Positions 38,729-51,575 of a stretch of 64,000 bases of DNA are shown piece by piece. The stretch is taken from assembly GCA_024679065.1 (NCBI GenBank), contig JAGIQG010000031.1:17670001-17734000 (forward strand), read 5' to 3'. The notes below the pieces were generated by a model. It was not told the origin of the DNA and did not search any database. It saw only the letters and a program-made list of their open reading frames with translations. Position 1 is the stretch's first letter. Each line of letters opens with the position of its first letter. A program made the position numbers and the translations under genes. The stretch is from Sphyrna mokarran. Lineage: Eukaryota.

Positions 38729-41700
38729 TAGCAGTTCCAATTAAATGGAGGGGAATCACTCCAGATGATAATTTGTATTTGAGGAGTCAATAATCATTCT
38801 TGCTTTCAGTACAAAACTTTCATAAGTTTTGTACCTAATTTCTCACAAGTAGCAGAGTTATTACAAACGTGGCATAAGTAACCTTTCCTCATCACCAACA
38901 TCACAGTTTCTAGAGACAGGATGTACTCTTTCTATTCTCAATTTATTCTTTGATGAGCAGGTAATAATTATTTTAATCTGTCTGGCTGATAAACTCCTCC
39001 CTTTGCCATGTTAAATTCGATTTATAATGAACCAGAGATGACAGCTACAATATTAGAGCATCTGGAAGGGCATAGCTTGTCAAGTAAATCTAATCTGAGG
39101 ACAGCTGGATAATAATAGCATCTTTAGGTCACTCAGTTTAAATAACAGCTCAGTGTCATTAGTAGAAAGATATGGCTAAGCACTCAGAAATGACCAGCAA
39201 AGTGGCAGGTATGTTGAACTGTAAGAACACTTTCTCTAATCATAAAATATTTGGATGTTTCTTGGCATTTGCAATGAGCAAGTTAATTTCAGAAAGCTCA
39301 ACTTATATTAGTGAAAGATGCTAAGATGAATGGAAAAAACATCTTGGTCTGCTTTCAGTTGTCGAATTATTGGCATTAAGTGCTGTTTCCTTTGGTTGTA
39401 AGGAACTATGTTATGATTGTCAACTAACGGGCAGCCTGGAGAAGAAAGTCAATGTTACTGTTCATTTGCATAATTACCCAGTTTAAGATCCTGGTTGATT
39501 GTTTGACAGGACAGTTTTGTACATTGCACTAAAGGAGTATTGAAATGAACCAATCATATTTAATTCGTAGAAAGCTGATCTGATTAGAACAGGCTTTGTT
39601 ATGGAGCACTAATTCTGTCATGTATCATTATTCAGTGAATGGAAACTTTTCATTCCTTTAAAGATTTTTTGAGTCTACATTCTGGAAAAATTCAAGCTGG
39701 ATGGATGATCATAGAAAAAATACTTCAAATTGATTTACTTAATACTGAATGTTTAAGCTTTCCTATTACTTTTTTCTTTGTTCTATTTGTTCTAAGTATT
39801 TAAAACATTTAACAGGAAATTCTGGAAGAATAGAATGTAAAGATGTATTTTACAGGTATTACTATCTATAAAGTACATCTTTACATTCTATTCTGTTTCT
39901 AAACATTAAAGGCCATGAATGTATGCTTATTTAATCTCTCTGCATTGTAAAGTTGGCCTGTGCTAATATTGGCCACAAGCTGTCAATATAAATTCTGGAA
40001 AACATTGATGTGAAATAATGTGAATAGGTTTTTTTCCACATTCCAGCCTTTTTTCCAAATTGTTCTTTGCCCCTTCCTATGTTTTTCTGGGGAGAATGCG
40101 AAAGCATAACATCTTCAATGCTTATTCCAATGCTTTAAAAAATCATAGTTCGAGAAACAGAATACTTGGAGAGCACAGGAGGTCGATCGAAAATTAGAAA
40201 TGCAGGTTAATGTTTCTCTCGGGATGGTGGAAATAGTTAACAGTCGATACTGAAAATATTATTTCCTCAATAGATTCTTTGAAATATTTTTATCTCCTTC
40301 ACAGTTGTATTGTCTGAGTGAAGAACAGGAGATTCTCCTAAACACTTTTCTTCCATGAAAATATCCTTTTCAATTTTCTTACATTCCCAACAGGGCTTGC
40401 TGAATGGCAACTCTAAACAGCTCAGTTGTGAACTTCTTGTTCCCTTTTCAAGCCAATGGTACTTCAGCCAATCACAGCAGCCAAATTGTAATGTATGTTC
40501 CCTCCCATCATGCCACCGTGTTCATTCTGTGTAAATGAAGCATTAAACAAGAAGTGCTTCCTAACCTTTGTGTAGAATGCAGCAGTGATGATCAAAAGAC
40601 TGCACCCTTTTTATCATGTAATCTTGCCCTACTTTCTTAAGGTAAAGAACTTTGTAAATTAAACTAATCAATCTGGCTAGGATAGGACTTCATAGACACC
40701 TGACAAGCTCCAGTATTTTTACTAAGCTCTTCATCCTCATGTGAAAGGCATTTGCAACTATTCAACTATGCAGATTACCATATGTACTTGTGTAAAAGTA
40801 ATTTTTTTTATCAAATGTTTAAGTAAAAAGTAGAGGGCTGATTTTTAAGTGAGTAATATTTTTGAGAGGTTGAAATCTATGCATGTTAGAGAGACAACTA
40901 TTCACTTAAAATATGAAAAATATTTACCATTTACTGGTGAGCTATGCCATACTTTCAGTAGGTTAATAATAGGAGCTGTAACCTCAGTTTCTTTTTGGAT
41001 ATGATGAGTGGTAAACCATACTGAGTGAACAGAGGAAAACACATATAATCCAAAAACAATTGGTAGATTATGACCGTAATATCAGGAAATTAAAATTACT
41101 GGTCAAAACAGGTTATTTATCCTAGTATCAGCTGGTTTAGAAAGCAATATTGGTGGAAACGTCATTCTGATCTGGCAACAGAGTTTGTAATGCATGTTTT
41201 ATTGCTGGCATCCCCATCTGAATGGATTAGTAACTCACATTATTTCTTATCTCGTTAGAAGACATAATATGGATTGTGGTACCAGAGAATATTGTGCTTA
41301 AAGATTAGGTAATCACAGAATATTGGTAGTCTGACTATACTGTCAGGAAATTATAATCACTGATAGTAGCTTGTGTTTACACTAAAATATGAAAAAAACT
41401 CGCTGTTTTCATATCCTTCAAAAAGTAGGGTCAGATTACACACAAGGTTAATGTTAAAAATTAAGAAACTCTGGTCGAAGGTCAGGGATCAATTTTTAAG
41501 TGTAATCAACTACAATAGGTATTCCATCCAAACCAATTTCCATCTTTACCTGATGTGCACCAATTCATGCTTTCAGCAGAGGTCGTTGGTTAGCATTTAG
41601 GAATAAGAATCATGACTAGATGTTCTTTCCCCAGCTCAGGCACTGGGTCCACTTTTTCTTATTGTTCACTTTTGGGAATGTGGGCATTGCTGGCATGGTG

Positions 41701-43514
41701 AGCATTTATTGCCCATCCTGAATTGCTCTTGAGAAGATGCACCACTCTTGTTTTTGTAGTGTGTGGGAACTCCCACAGCTGTCCCTCATGCATGTGCCTA
41801 GAAAATGAACTGACGAATCATTTTCAAATTAATTCATTCTCATTTCTGCCATTTTAGTCTGAATGGAAATCATGGTCTTTTACATGTTAACGTCAACTTA
41901 TACAGAGAAGAAAAAATCTTATGTGAGAAAACTGATGTGGACTACTTGTGATTATACTCTGAAATATTTTCCTGCATGGCAAGTTTGATGAAGATTAATT
42001 GAGGAAAGGGGGAGAAGAGAGAATTGCATTTACAGCCAAAAAAAAATTTCCTTCAATTGTTTTCTGTGTTTTCTTGGGAACAAATAGCTGTAGAATCATT
42101 AGACTCAAATGAGTACAATTTGGGTTTACTGAAACATTTCCTATTTTCTATATAATATTTGTCAGTGAAGAAAGGAGGAGCTATTAATATTGTATAGTAA
42201 CTCTCCATCATAGAATTATCACCAAATTAAATTGTGAAACAAAAAACATGGTGAATTCAGTTACTCTGGGATACTGCACCTGGGAAACCCATGATGTTAG
42301 TGGAGAGGAGGCTCAGTTTGAACTGATGGGAGAAGAGTGCCAACAAGAGTTAAGTGTAAGAGGAGTATCAATGTAAGAAAGAAGAATGTCACGGTGAAAT
42401 GTGGACAGAAGAGGAAGAAAATGAGGGGAGGAGAGGCATTGCCTTTGTGGTGATCATTTAAACCTTTTTAAGGTTTAATCAACTGAGCAGTAGAAAGTAC
42501 CAATACAATAGTCATAATCTTCAATTTCTCTGCAAGAAGGTAAGAGAAATGCCTGCAATTTATGTCTCAAACTCCTACTGTGTAAATAATGGAAGATCGG
42601 GTATATCTACAGCTTAACCAGCCAAAACCATGATACTCTTTATATTAACACAGAAATTGTAAACATTAACACTTTGCAGACTAGAGAACAATTTCAAACA
42701 AAACTGTAATTACTTCAAGGTATAATCTAATGTTAGCTACCTTTGAGACCCACATTAACGTCACTGTTTTCCAAGTGGAGGGTTCAATGATAGTGACAGG
42801 TTTAAAACTGCCAGAAATCTTCTTCCCCGTAGATTATTTGGGCTGCTAGACTTGACAACATACCTAGCTTGCAGACGGCTTGTGCAAGAATTGCACTTGG
42901 AGATTTGGCAGTATTTGACATGATATCAAGTGTAAAATCAGCCATCATTCATGAATAACCTGTTCACAGAGCTGTAAAATCACTATGTCCTGTATGTGTT
43001 CTGTTGCTTGGGAAATACAACTTGGATACCATATGAACCCCTGGGAAACTTACAGTATCTACTTATTACACTGATCACAAACTCATCTCCAAAAAGCTAA
43101 TATGCAACCATCACTGTACTATGCCATTGTATTTGGAAACATATTTTATATATTCCGTTTTCTTCAAAACAAAAAAATGTTAAAATTAGATAGGAAGTGA
43201 GAAAAATCAGTTGTATTCTTGTGGTCTCAAAGGCTGCTGCAGTTTTGATTGAAGTATTTATCACGTCATTTCATGAAATATTGAGTCCATATCTGCATTC
43301 GGTCTCAAGACACTCAAAGATAATCACATGTTAGCACACTATATGAAGTGAGATGAGTTAAAAATGAATACATACAATCTCAATTAGTATGGTTCCCCTT
43401 TGCCTTAAGTAAAATTGCAAAAGGATAAAACAATTAAAAATTGGGAAGAATTATTGTCGAAAGAGGTATCAATAAAGTTGCCATAGATGACCACAGGCTT
43501 TACTCCCCTTTTTA

Positions 43515-43814
43515 AACTTTTTTTTAATTAGTATCACAGGTTGGCTTACATTAATACCACAATGAAATTACTGTGAAAATATCCCTGTCGCTTCACTCCG
43601 CAACCTATTCAGGCACACTGAGGGAGAATTTAGTATGGCCAATCAACTTAACCAGCACGTCTTTCGGACTGTGGGAGGAAACTGCAACATCCAGAGTAAA
43701 CCCATGCAGACACAGGTAGAATGTGCAGACTACGCACAGACAGTGAGCTGGGAATCAGACCCAGATCCTGGCACTGTGAGATAGCAATGCTAACCACTGG
43801 GTCACCTTGCCACC
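43515..43814 (-). mobile_element. tRNA-derived V-SINE-type element, apparently inserted into another repeat
   Basis: Similar to 4637-4920: aatgaaattactgtgaaaat...gagggagaatttag...gctaaccactg. Confidence 0.85.
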
Positions 43815-44999
43815 TGGAGAGAGCTGGCTAATGAAAACCTGAGGATATCCATACCACAAGTGAGGGACAAGGTTGAGAAAGTGGGCCTTCGTGAATAACT
43901 TTAGTCGTTTAGCTCAGTTGGCTGCATGGCTGGTTCGTGATGTAGTGACAGCAGCAGTGTGGGGTATTGTCATTATGTACATCAACGTCACAGAGTAATG
44001 AGATACAGATCTGTCGTCATCATGTAAATATCCAGGTTATACATTTAAAGGAGTGCCTCACTTTACTGTATGAGGGTCACTTGGCTACTCTCATAACTCT
44101 TAATTGTAGCCTATTGCAGGAGGCAATATGTACTGTGCTCATTGTCTCCCACAGAACATTCTGATATATGCATGGGGAGCATGGATAGTAATCTCTGTTG
44201 TCAGATAACACATTTCAGCCTATTCATTGACAATAGTATGGGAGTATGTGAAACAATGTTTAGTATTTCAAAGATCCCTGTGTCAGATGCTCTTTGAATG
44301 AATTTGAATACTGTCAGAAATCTCTCTCTGTGAAGCACTTCTAAGATGCCAACCTGGCCCTGCCTTTATACAAATTCGGTGGGGGGGCGGTGTGGGAAGC
44401 GGTTTAAATGCCAACTATTTTTGGTCTTCGAAGGGCAGGATGGTGATTTATTTTTCAGACGAAAAAACTGTAAGACAGTGAACAAGTATATTCCTCAAAC
44501 AAAACTTTTTTGTCTTAATAAAATGACAAAACTTCATAAGGTCTGGGATACTGTCTCTGAATTATTCATGTGAATTATAACTTAATTATTTTACATCACT
44601 TGGCTTCAAAGATGCCCCTTAGATGCATTTTTGTGTTGACATTCAGTATATGACTACTGAATATAGCAATTCAAACGTCTTTTTAATTGTGACCAGAACC
44701 TTACAGCAACTGTTTTATTGACAGTAACTAAGTCAATTTGTGTTTTATGCCCATAGCTACTATCTCAAATGGCAGAGGTTTCAAGTGCTCTTTAAGAAAC
44801 AAAACAGTTTAACAACGCAAGCATTGCAAATAATAATGCAGTTTCAGTGTAAATTGAGCCATGGCCCCCATGATGTATCTTGTTCATGGGTTCTGGGAAC
44901 ATTGCTTAATTGTGTGTTGTGTGTTATATGTCTTGTCTCTTGAAAACAAGCAACTAGAAGGACATCACATCTCGGAGAGTCGCAAGTCTTAAGTAATTA

Positions 45000-45392
45000 C
45001 CGTACTTTCACGAAAACAACCTGCAGGGTATATCTTTTAAAACGTATTCCAGAGGCAATGTGGCTTATATTCGTGGGCGGGTTATATGTGCGACTTTTTT
45101 TGCAGATGGCTGGCCAACTTCGGTCTTCCTACAGGTAAGAGGTAAGTCATTGCAAAAGTGGAGATGGCTAAGATTTTAAACTGTGTGAACAAGGGAATTA
45201 GCGTGTTTATGGTTGGGTTTAAGTCTTTATGTACATGAATGAGAGGGTAGTTTATCAGACATTGTGTCAGGCCATTTTGACGCGGGATGGATTCATTGTG
45301 CGGGATTACACGTGATTTACTTTTGTTCTCAGAAACACACTGTAATAATGGTAATTAGGTTACAGCCCAGGTTTTTTTTCGTGAAATTACGG
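45000..45392. mobile_element. MITE / non-autonomous Tc1-mariner (pogo/Tigger-like) DNA transposon
   Basis: TA|CCGTACTTTCACGAAAACAACCTG ... CAGGTTTTTTTTCGTGAAATTACGG|TA: imperfect terminal inverted repeats of about 24 bp flanked by TA; CpG-richer than flanks. Confidence 0.85.
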
Positions 45393-45605
45393 TAACAATA
45401 CAAAGTACAAGTTTAAAGTTAATCGTAAAAGTTAGTGTTACCAGCTATTCTAGGCACCAATTTTAATTAGCTACATAATAAAGCAAATTATACTAAATGG
45501 GAATTGATACCATTAAGCAGGGATCAAACTGCTAATTTTTGTCCCCAGTAATTATGATGTTTGGGTGGTATCAATTGTCCCATTTTCTTTTTGATTTATT
45601 TTCAG

Positions 45606-45681
45606 CTCGGAAGCAAGAAATCATCAAGTTAACTGAACAGCTGATTGAAGCTATCAACAATGGGGACTTTGAAGCTTACGC
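45606..45681 (+). CDS. CAMK2B: Hub domain exon 1: (A)[25 protein letters not shown] (76 nt, phase 1-2)
   Basis: ttattttcag|CTCGGAAGCAAG...GCTTACGC|gtaagt; start of the CaMKII association domain. Confidence 0.98.
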
Positions 45682-45849
45682 GTAAGTTTAGAGATCATCT
45701 TTCCCATTCATTAACACTTCATTACCCTTCCAACACCTCGTAGAAATAGAGAGCTATTAAAGGCAAGTAAGATTTACATTGCATAAGTGCCAAGCAATGA
45801 TCATCTCCAACAAAAGAGCACCTAAACATCTTGCCAAAGACATGCAATG

Positions 45850-46440
45850 ACATTACTATTGCTGAATCCTTCACGGTCAACACCCTGGGGGCAAACACTG
45901 ACCGGAAACATAATTGGATGAGCCATATAAATATTATGTCTACAATAGTAGATCAGAGACTAGGAATTAAGTCGTGATTAACTGCCCTCCTGACTGCCAA
46001 AAGCTTGTCAACATCTACCGGACTTGATAGAATCCTTTACACTTGCCTGGCTGAATACAACTTCACTCAAGAACCTGGGCACCATTTGGAAGAAACAGAT
46101 GGCTGGATTGGCTCTGCATCCACCATATTAAACATTCATACCTTCATCATCAATGCTAATCGTGTACCAGGCTCCTTCCAAATGCCTGACCTCTACAACT
46201 TAGAAGGGCAGGGAGAGTAGATGCAGGTTTACTGTCACCTGCATGTCTCCTCCAAGCCACACGTTAATCTGACTTGGAAATATATATCAGTTCTTTGACT
46301 GTCGCTTATCAAAATCCTGGAATTACATTCCTAACAGCAGTATGAGAGCACCTCCACAGTTCAGGATGTCTCACCATCATCATCTCCTGGGCAATTAGGA
46401 ATAGGCAACAAATGCTGGCTTTGCAACGCCCACACCCTAT
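45850..46440 (+). mobile_element. Degenerate LINE 3' fragment (CR1/L2 group); related tail pieces on the minus strand at about 12710-12840 and 41660-41790
   Basis: Tail ctcaccatcatcatctcctgggcaattaggaataggcaacaaatgctggc is reverse-complement similar to agcatttattgcccatcctgaattgctcttgagaag at about 41700. Confidence 0.6.
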
Positions 46441-47201
46441 AAAGTATTTTCAGAATTAAAGTTTCCATGGCAGTTGTTGCTGTCTGGACATACTTTTGAA
46501 ATGTGTTCTGATATTGGGTTGGTGTTAGTGAGTGACACCTTCTTAAGTTTCAGGACCTGATGTCTGATGTATAGCCCTAATTTTTGCATTGATATGGATG
46601 TAGCAGTAAATTGCATCCTCATGACTACTTATACTTCAGGGCAACAATTCCAAGCAAGTTTCTCCCATATCTTGCTCCTGAATAAATAATTGCATATTTC
46701 TTGAGATTAGGACCCAACAGTAGGCTGGGCAAGAGTATTAAGCACCCAATGTGAATCTTCAGCTGGAACTCTACTGCACCACCCCACTCCACGCCCCCTC
46801 CACTTCCACAGATTAAGTTTTGAAAATGAATATTGTGCATGAGCATGAATAAAAATTCTGCATTTATAATTAGGTTTCACATAAAAAAGAATATGATGAT
46901 AGTCCATCTCATTGTTCTACAATACCCAGGATATGTACTACTAAAAAAAATGCACGTAATATGATTCACATGATGTAGTACTCAGTTTTACTGCAACAGT
47001 TACTAGATTATTATATATACAATTTACAGACTCAGTTATTATTGTGACAGAGTGGGCTTTATTAAAGTACTTTGGCATTATTTAAAGGTTTGTTATTTTG
47101 GAATAATCATACAGATGTATAAATTTATAGATTGTCACATGAACAGAATATGGAAAAAAGAATGAAATTTTGAGAAAGCTTGCAAATGTAAATACATGGC
47201 A

Positions 47202-47223
47202 TCTCTCTCTCTCTCTTTCCCTG

Positions 47224-47262
<39 letters not shown>
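47202..47262. repeat. Compound microsatellite (CT)n-(GT)n-(AT)n
   Basis: tctctctctctctc...tgtgtgtgtgtgtgtgtgtgtgtgtgtg tatatatat. Confidence 0.95.
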
Positions 47263-47263
<1 letters not shown>

Positions 47264-47447
47264 CAAATAAAACATATATGTGTATCAGCATATGTGGATG
47301 CGTAACAGTAGATATAGATTCCGATATCACTGTTTTTTGCTGCTCTGAGCAACTGCCTAGTTTGCTTAGTGGTTGCACCAATCCTGACAACAGGTCACTT
47401 TTGAAATTGATTATCCTGAGTAGTGTTTAGAATTGACATTTTCATAA

Positions 47448-47597
<150 letters not shown>

Positions 47598-48520
47598 TAA
47601 TTTAATGCTAAATTGGAAAATATTTCATGTAATGAGAAACTAACTGTGTCCTTGCCTGATCTCTTCAGCAGAGTATGTCCTTGTTCCAGCATGTACCATC
47701 ATGATTTCTTTCTCCTTAAACTTAGAACAGTTTGGTTCCTTGATTTCTATACATGGTGCTTCTTGTACTCAGTAAATAATTGGTTGCATAGTTTTCCTGG
47801 TGTCTGTTCAAAAATTTCCATCACTTTAATACCTTTTGGTGTTTCATCTGATAGTTTGGCAGAAAACTTGTAAAGTACAGAGAGAATTTAATGCAGATTT
47901 TCTGAATGCACTCCCAGTGAATACAATTTCTTTGTATGCTATCCCAGCATGTGAGATGCATCACATGTTAGCAGTCTAATTACCATTTGATTAAAAGGCA
48001 GCCTCCCAGTTTAGAACTCTGACACCAAAACTGCTAGCCTGTCACATATAAACTGTTACCTCGGCCAGTATCACAGGAAATCATTTGCCCACCTATCTGC
48101 CAGAACCCTCCAACATAACACCTCTTATGTTATCCTCAGTGTATACAAAAGCTAAAATATAGACAGGCAACTTGACGCAGGCTTTGACTAATTTCACTCA
48201 ACACTTAACACATTGTGTGCTGATAATTCACTGACTCCTCTCTGCCTCCCTGTGTACTGCCACATCGCCCCTGCAATACTGCAGGAAAGTAGTGTCCAAT
48301 TTGAAATTTATTGTACTGAAGGAATCAAAAGATGCAGATATTCGGAAAGTAACCATGTCCAGGACTTAAGGAATAATTGCTGCTAATAATAACTGGAAAT
48401 AAAGAAGTTTTTTTCTTATTGTTCTTGTGGAAAATTCCTGTTGATGGGAAGAAACTGAATTGCTAGACTGAAGTGATTACAATTAAAAGAACTGACTATT
48501 GTCCTCCTTCTCTTATGTAG

Positions 48521-48753
48521 TGTTATCTAAAAACAGCAAACCCATCCACACGACTATTTTGAACCCTCATGTTCATCTGATTGGGGAAGACGCTGCCTGC
48601 ATAGCATACATTCGCCTCACCCAGTATATCGATGTTCAGGGTAGGCCACGGACAACCCAGTCAGAGGAGACACGGGTCTGGCACCGTCGGGACAGCAAAT
48701 GGCAAAATGTTCATTTCCACTGCTCAGGTTCTCCAGCAGCACCACTCCAGTGA
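48521..48753 (+). CDS. CAMK2B: Hub domain exon 3 with stop: [77 protein letters not shown]
   Basis: cttatgtag|TGTTATCT...CTCCAG TGA AG|gtacaa; overlaps ORF 48499..48753; splice donor 2 nt after the stop (exon ends 48755). Confidence 0.98.
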
Positions 48754-49368
48754 AGGTACAATTTCAAAGTTGGGAATGAAATAATAATACAATTGAGAAA
48801 GGGAAAACGAGATAGCTTATAATGGAACATTACAAGCATGCACACATTTTGTTTTAACACTGGCATGAATTTATAGTTTGGCAATACAATAGAAAACCTA
48901 ACTTCAAAATGCCTGAAAGAATGTTTGCTATCCTGTCTACCAGCCTTGAGATTGAGTACTTGAGACTGTCCATAATACAAAAACTACCACGATTAATTTG
49001 TAGCAGATTCAGTTCATAGACAGTGACGCACTTGTTTGACATGAATTAACCAGTGACTTGATCTCCCAAAGTCTTAGTTTTCTTCTGTTTATTCTTCCTT
49101 CCCCATCACCCACTATTTGATTGTTCCCAACCATCTGCTTAGTTGCTACCACTGGGAGTTCCTGAGAGTTTTGAGAATATATGTATGCACATATTTATTC
49201 CAGCTCCCACTACTTCAATACTTCACTAATATTCACTAGAGTACACTGCACTCATTGTTCTGAGGCCAAGTTTTTAATATTTGTGGTTAAATAGAACACT
49301 GTATAAAATAATGGCAAAATTTTAAATAAACTTGCCAGAATATGCTGTATCTTCAACTTACACAAGTC

Positions 49369-51575
49369 TTCAACTTAAATAAGGCTAATTCTAATGGTAC
49401 GAGAGAGGAATTGTCTAAGGTGAACTGAGTGAACAAGATACAGGTCAGTAGATAAACAGTGGCAGATATTCAAACAGTAGTGAGCCGTGGCAGATATTTA
49501 CTCCTGCCCAGAAGGAATTTATCCCAATCAAAATAGGGTTTCCATGAGAAAGGCAAAATCCATGTTTAACTAAGGAGGTAAATTGTTAAATTGAAAAGTA
49601 GGATATTCAAAATGGCATGGGACAGCAAGTGCAATATACTCAACCTTCCACTTATTGATCACTTTGGGAGATCAAGTTACCAGCCAGTTCATGTCAAAAA
49701 AGTAGTTAACCAGAGGACTGGGAAGATTTTAGGATACAGCAGTAAAAGATCAAAGAGCTCATAAAAAAGAAAATGAACTTTGAGAAAATATTTGCATGCA
49801 CAATAAAAATAAACAATCAGAGTTCTATGGATATATGATAGGAAGCGGCCTGCTAAGGTAAATGTGGGATCTTTACTGAACAATGTGGATGAATTGATAA
49901 CAAGAAACAAAGAAATGCTGGGTATACTAAATAAATGTTTTGCATCAGAATTCACTGCAAATATCTTTCATTGCAAATATTGCAAGTCAGTTTCATTGCA
50001 AATATCCTTAAGACATCAGATGGGCTGATTTCAAATAACATGGTAAAACTTAGAAAAATCCCAAACATAAGGGATAATATTAGAGAAACTCAAAGGGCTA
50101 AAGGTAGACATCCCAAATTTTAGTGAAAATGGCTGTAGAGATAGTCGATTGACCCATTGGTTGAAATTTTTAAGAATTCACTAAATTCCGGGAAGCTGAC
50201 AGAAGATTGGAAAATGGTCAGTGATGCCATTGCTCAAAAAAGGAGAATGCAGAGAACTATCAGCCAGTTAGTTTAATATCTATTATTGGCAATACATGTA
50301 CAAGAGAGGAGTTGTCTAAGGTGGTTAACCAATTCACCCGCCTTGTTTGAATATAATCAAACATAGATGGTTTTATGAAAGGTAAATCATGTTTGACAAA
50401 TTTGCTCAAATTGTTTGAAGATGTTAATAGAGGAGTTAATAGGAGATAGAGCAGAATCTGTAGATGTTGTGCATTTAAATTTTCAAAAGGCATTTGACAA
50501 GGTGCCACATAAGAGGCTGTTACATAAAATAAAAGCCCTTGGACTTGAAGAAAGTGTATTAGCATGGATTGAAAACTGTCACTTAGAAAACAAACTGTTG
50601 GAATAAATGGGTCTTTTTCAGTGGAAAGATGTAACTATTGGAATACTGCAGGGATCAGTTCTTGGCTCATGGCTGTTTCCTATTCACATTCATGACCTGG
50701 AGAAAAGAACGGAATGTAAGATTCCCAAATTTGCTGTTGATTTCAAGATAGGTGAAAGGGCATGTTCTGTATTGGATACAGATAGACTGAGTAACTGGGT
50801 GAAAACCTGGCAAATGGAATTTAATGTGGGGAAGTGTGAGGTCTGAACTTGAGTAGAAGGAATCAAAAGGCAGATTATCTAAATGGAGAAAAATGGGCAT
50901 AAGTACAGGGGTTTCAAGATGTTACAGTGCATGAAGGACAAAAAGCTAGCAGGCAGGTCCAACAAGGCAAATGGTATTTTGGCCTTAATTGTAAAGGGAT
51001 TGGAGTTTAAAACTAGGAAGGTTTTATTGCACTTGTACAAGGTGTTACTGAGGCCTCAGCTACATCATTTTGGACCCGTTATCTAAAAAAGGGCTGGAGG
51101 GATATTGGAAACAGTCCAAAGAAGATTCACCAGGCTAATTCCTGGGATGAGAGGGTTGTTCTGTCAAGAGAGGCTAAATAGATTGAGTCTCTATTCCTTG
51201 GAGTTTAGAAGAGTAAGGGGTGACCTGATTCAAATGCATCACATACAGAGGGGGCTTGGCAGGATACATGGTGAAATGTTTTGCCTCATGGGAAAGTCTC
51301 AAACAAGGGGAAGTAACTCTTTAAAGCTGAAGTGAATAGAAATTTCTTCTTGCAGAGGGTAGTGAGTCTCCAGAATTCTCTGTCTGAAAGGGTGGTGGAG
51401 GTTGGATCATTAAAAGCATTTACAGTGGCGGTGGATGAATATTTGACTGATGAAGAAACAGAAACATGGGGAAATGGCACAGAAGATGAGTTGAGGTTGG
51501 CATAGATCAGTCATGATCGTATTAAATGGCAGGGATTGGTGACGTACTTCTGCTTTTAGTTCCAGCGTTCTTGTA
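49369..51575 (+). mobile_element. Decayed CR1 LINE (about 2.2 kb) in the last intron
   Basis: ORFs 50415 (VDVVHLNFQKAFDKVPHKRLL), 50607 (GILQGSVLG..KFAVD..WQMEFNVGKCEV), 51105 (VQRRFTRLIPGM). Confidence 0.95.

Noticed and set aside
38809-38834. 11-bp hairpin gtacaaaactt-tcat-aagttttgtac
   Set aside because: AT-rich and short enough to arise by chance in a window this size.
47082-47430. ORFs with THTHTH / CVCVCV runs
   Set aside because: Translations of the (GT)n microsatellite.
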